From positions 5,902 through 69,901 of the forward strand of contig QHWJ01000224.1 of NCBI GenBank assembly GCA_003222535.1: a stretch of 64,000 bases of DNA. Reading direction: 5' to 3'. Both the position numbers and the translations under genes were made by a program. Under the pieces are notes generated by a model. It was not told the origin of the DNA. It did not search any database and saw only the letters and a list, made by a program, of their open reading frames with translations. This document shows, in pieces, positions 61,706-64,000 of this stretch. Numbering within the stretch: position 1 is the stretch's first letter; the number at the start of each line of letters is the position of its first letter. This DNA comes from Acidobacteriota bacterium. GTDB taxonomy: Bacteria > Acidobacteriota > Vicinamibacteria > Vicinamibacterales > CAVVIG01.

Positions 61706-62567
61706 CACGCAACTCCCGGCTACTTCGACGTGTTCAGGATTCCTGTCGTACGTGGTCGAGCGTTTACGGCGCGCGACACAGCCGATGCTCCTGGCGTGAT
61801 CATCATCAACGAGAGCACGGCGCGGCGATTCTGGCCGACCAGCGATCCGCTGAACGATCGCCTGGTGGTCGGGCGAGGCATTCGACCCGATTACGATGTC
61901 GATCCCGTCCGTCAGATCGTTGGGATCGTCGCCGACGTGCGCGACACGGGTTTGATTCGAAACCCGCGCCCCGCGATGTACGTGCGCGCAGGTACCCGAC
62001 AGTGTGACAGCACTCAATGTAAAGCTGCTGCCTCTGGTCTGGGTCGTGCGGACGAAGGGCGACCCGCACAGTGTCGCGGCCGCTGTCGACAGCGAGCTCC
62101 AGACAGCCAGCGGTGGGCTGCCGACGTCGCGAGTGAGGTCGATGGACGAAGTCGCGTCGGAGTCCACCGCGCGCAGTAGCTTCGACATGATGCTAATGGT
62201 CGTGTTCGCGGGCGCCGCGCTTCTGCTGTCGGCGATCGGTGTGTACGGATTGATGTCGTACGCTGTTCAGCAGCGTACCCGCGAGATCGGCATCAAGATG
62301 GCTCTCGGAGCGGACCCACGCCAGGTTCGGAACATGGTCATGGGCCACGGGATGACGGTGACGCTTGCAGGTGCCACCGTCGGTATCGCTGCGGCGTTCG
62401 CCCTGACGCGCACGATGGCGGGCTTTCTGTTCGGGGTGTCCGCGCGCGACCCGATTGTTTTCACGGCGGTGGCAGTCGCTCTGATGGCGGTCTCGTTGAC
62501 CGCAGCATGGTTTCCGTCAGTTCGTGCCACTCGCGTCGACCCCGCCACTGCCCTTCGTCATGACTAG
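61706..62567 (+). pseudogene. 5'-truncated and frameshifted relic of an ADOP/FtsX permease (C-terminal periplasmic plus FtsX part only)
   Basis: The frame opens right after a TAA at 61703-05 with HATPGYFDVFRIPVVRGRAFTARD...IVGIVADVRD...PAMYV. It shifts by one base near 61982-61992. Homology then continues in the frame of track ORF 62004..62567 (AQVPDSVTALNVKLLPLVWVVRTKGDP...FAGAALLLSAIGVYGLMSYAVQQRTREIGIKMALGA...RATRVDPATALRHD). Confidence 0.7.
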
Positions 62568-62829
62568 CTGCCCAAGGCCAAGTCGCTGCCATCGCTTGCG
62601 AAAGTCGTTGGCCTGCGGCCGACGTCTACGCGCCGACAACTCGCAGCTCCTCGATCTTTTTTGGGAGGATAGTTGTCGTGTTTATGCGGGTGAGTGTCGG
62701 CAGACCCTGATCGATGAGCGCCACGCGTCGGCGGGCAATGACTGCCGGCAGGTTGCCACGCGCCGCCACGCAGACAAAGGCGCGCCCAGCCGGTCTGCTC
62801 GGCCACGCTCACGACACACGGTGCGGGCC

Positions 62830-63450
62830 TCATGTCCTCACCCGGCCCGCTCGACGCCCATGCGTCAGGTACGGCCGGAGGGTCGCGTCAAGATCCTCGC
62901 GCAGATGCTTGGCCGCCTGCCCCTCGCGATAGACTGTCCACGCCAGGAACGAACCACCAAGCGTGACCTCGATCATCCGTGCCAGCGCCCGGACGTCCGT
63001 ATCAGCGCGCAGTTCGCCCGCAACGACGGCGTCGGCCAGCAACTGCTCGTAACGAGCCCGAGCGGCGCGCCCAAGCCGCAGCAAATGTCTGCGGAGCACC
63101 GGGTCCGCCAAGTCGTTCTGCAGGTACGCGAGATTCCGCACCGCGGCGCGGGGCGACTCGGCCAGCTTGGCGTGCACCGCAGTGACGGCGCGCAGTGCTC
63201 GGAGCGGTGAAGACGTGCGCGCAGTGCGCGGTGCACCAAAGCCGACATCGCCAGTGGCAGCGGCGTACCGCGCGTGCGCGTGCAGCAGCTTGCGCTTGGA
63301 GCCAAACCGCTGCACGAGGGCGCCCGCCGTCACGCCCGCCTCCGCCGCGATGGCGCCGAGCGTCAGCTCCGCGGGTCCGACGCGCAGCATCACCCGCACC
63401 ATCGCCGCGAATACATCCGCATCCTCCGCCTTCCGGCGTCGTGGGCTCAT
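62830..63450 (-). CDS. TetR/AcrR-family transcriptional regulator
   Basis: The N-terminal HTH is VFAAMVRVMLRVGPAELTLGAIAAEAGVTAGALVQRFGSKRKLL. Confidence 0.85.
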   Translation of the reverse strand: MSPRRRKAEDADVFAAMVRVMLRVGPAELTLGAIAAEAGVTAGALVQRFGSKRKLLHAHARYAAATGDVGFGAPRTARTSSPLRALRAVTAVHAKLAESPRAAVRNLAYLQNDLADPVLRRHLLRLGRAARARYEQLLADAVVAGELRADTDVRALARMIEVTLGGSFLAWTVYREGQAAKHLREDLDATLRPYLTHGRRAGRVRT

Positions 63451-63465
63451 CGCTGTTCCTTGACA

Positions 63466-63490
63466 TCAACTAAATGGTTGTTTAGCTTGA
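63466..63490. promoter_or_regulatory. Imperfect inverted repeat in the TetR/SDR divergent intergenic region, a candidate TetR operator
   Basis: The sequence is tcaactaaa-tggttg-tttagcttga. The arms are complementary apart from one inserted base. It sits in the 82-bp gap between the divergent starts at 63450 and 63533. Confidence 0.35.
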
Positions 63491-63532
63491 GCCAAGATCC
63501 GACGACCGCAGAACGTCCCAAAATGACGCCGA

Positions 63533-64000
63533 AGAGATCGCCTCAGACACCGCTGACCGGACGCGTGGCCCTCGTGGCCGGCGCAACCCGCGGTGCCGGC
63601 CGCGGCATCGCTCGCGCGCTCGCGGCATCCGGCGCGACGGTCTACTGCACGGGCCGCAGCGTCACCGGCAAGCCGTCGCCGTACGGGCGGCCCGAGACCA
63701 TCAACGAGACCGCGACGCTGATCAAGGCCGCGGGCGGCACCGCGATCGCCGTGCGCGTCGATCACACGAGCGAGCGCGAGGTCACGGCGCTGTTCCGCCG
63801 GATCCTCCGCACCCACCACCGCCTCGACGTCGTTGTCGACAGCGTGGCGGGAGAAGATCCACTGCTGAAGCAGCACGGTTTCCTCTGGCAGGCCGATCTC
63901 AGGAACGCCGACGCGATGTTCCGGCAGGGGCTCACCTCGCGCATCATCACGGCGAAGCATGCCGCGCTCGCGATGATGCCAGCGAGGCGTGGCCTGATCG
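63533..64000 (+). CDS. Short-chain dehydrogenase/reductase (SDR) family protein, N-terminal part. The gene runs off the right edge of the window.
   Basis: It is absent from the ORF track because it has no stop in the window. The ATG at 63533 gives MTPKRSPQTPLTGRVALVAGATRGAGRGIARALAASGATVYCTGRS, the TGxxxGxG Rossmann motif. Confidence 0.8.

Noticed and set aside
1-64000. Search for tRNA, rRNA, tmRNA, riboswitch or integrase/transposase genes.
   Set aside because: I found no cloverleaf-compatible segments or rRNA-like conserved blocks in the intergenic gaps. No recombinase-like ORF is present. A covariance-model scan (tRNAscan-SE, Infernal/Rfam) would be needed to exclude small RNAs formally.

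Overview
High-GC (about two-thirds G+C by eye) bacterial chromosomal window, densely coding, with no rRNA, tRNA or CRISPR. Gene content points to Acidobacteriota. This is inference from remembered family distributions: a PadR plus duplicated orphan FtsX permease (ADOP) pair, CarboxypepD_reg-type TonB-dependent receptors, many PQQ-like beta-propeller proteins, and a TIGR02999-like ECF sigma with Ser/Thr kinase-TPR partners.

Layout:
- 1-8.6 kb: partial sugar ABC ATPase, a TonB-dependent receptor, two secreted beta-propellers and an SGNH-fold protein that has lost its catalytic Ser and His.
- 9-20.8 kb: a minus-strand sugar cluster and its regulator. It holds an IclR-HTH/PBP regulator, rhamnulokinase, a bifunctional rhamnulose-1-P aldolase/SDR, DUF1080, Gfo/Idh/MocA, a TIM-barrel protein, a cupin-like protein, a cytochrome c-HhH protein and a mutarotase-like protein.
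- 20.8-22.6 kb: a lower-GC islet carrying a DUF4258/DUF2283 pair.
- 22.6-29.1 kb: tryptophan 2,3-dioxygenase plus an anthraniloyl-CoA-type cluster.
- 29.4-32.6 kb: secreted amidase and dienelactone hydrolase.
- 32.7-35.8 kb: a FecR / OmpA-lipoprotein / CHASE2-HD-GYP operon.
- 35.9-40.1 kb: a TonB-dependent receptor with a small Cys-rich protein, a HigBA-like toxin-antitoxin pair and CzcD.
- 40.2-49.1 kb: the most unusual locus. Two TLC (ATP/ADP-translocase-type) carriers lie together, one fused to HEAT repeats and one in frame with a signal peptide and an Omp85 barrel. With them are a polytopic Ser/Thr kinase, a secreted kinase-motif protein and a secreted PAP2 phosphatase.
- 49.2-55.5 kb: an ECF sigma flanked by one decayed and one intact Ser/Thr-kinase-TPR paralog.
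- 55.6-64 kb: PadR-ADOP-(TM-beta-propeller), a B3 metallo-beta-lactamase, a permease relic, and a TetR/SDR divergent pair.

Non-coding DNA is also notable. Nine intergenic gaps in the first 26 kb carry long hairpin-forming elements. Their arms are tandem 7-10-nt units (CACGAAA and relatives). There is also one 158-bp MITE-like element and a second, GTAG-containing dispersed repeat.
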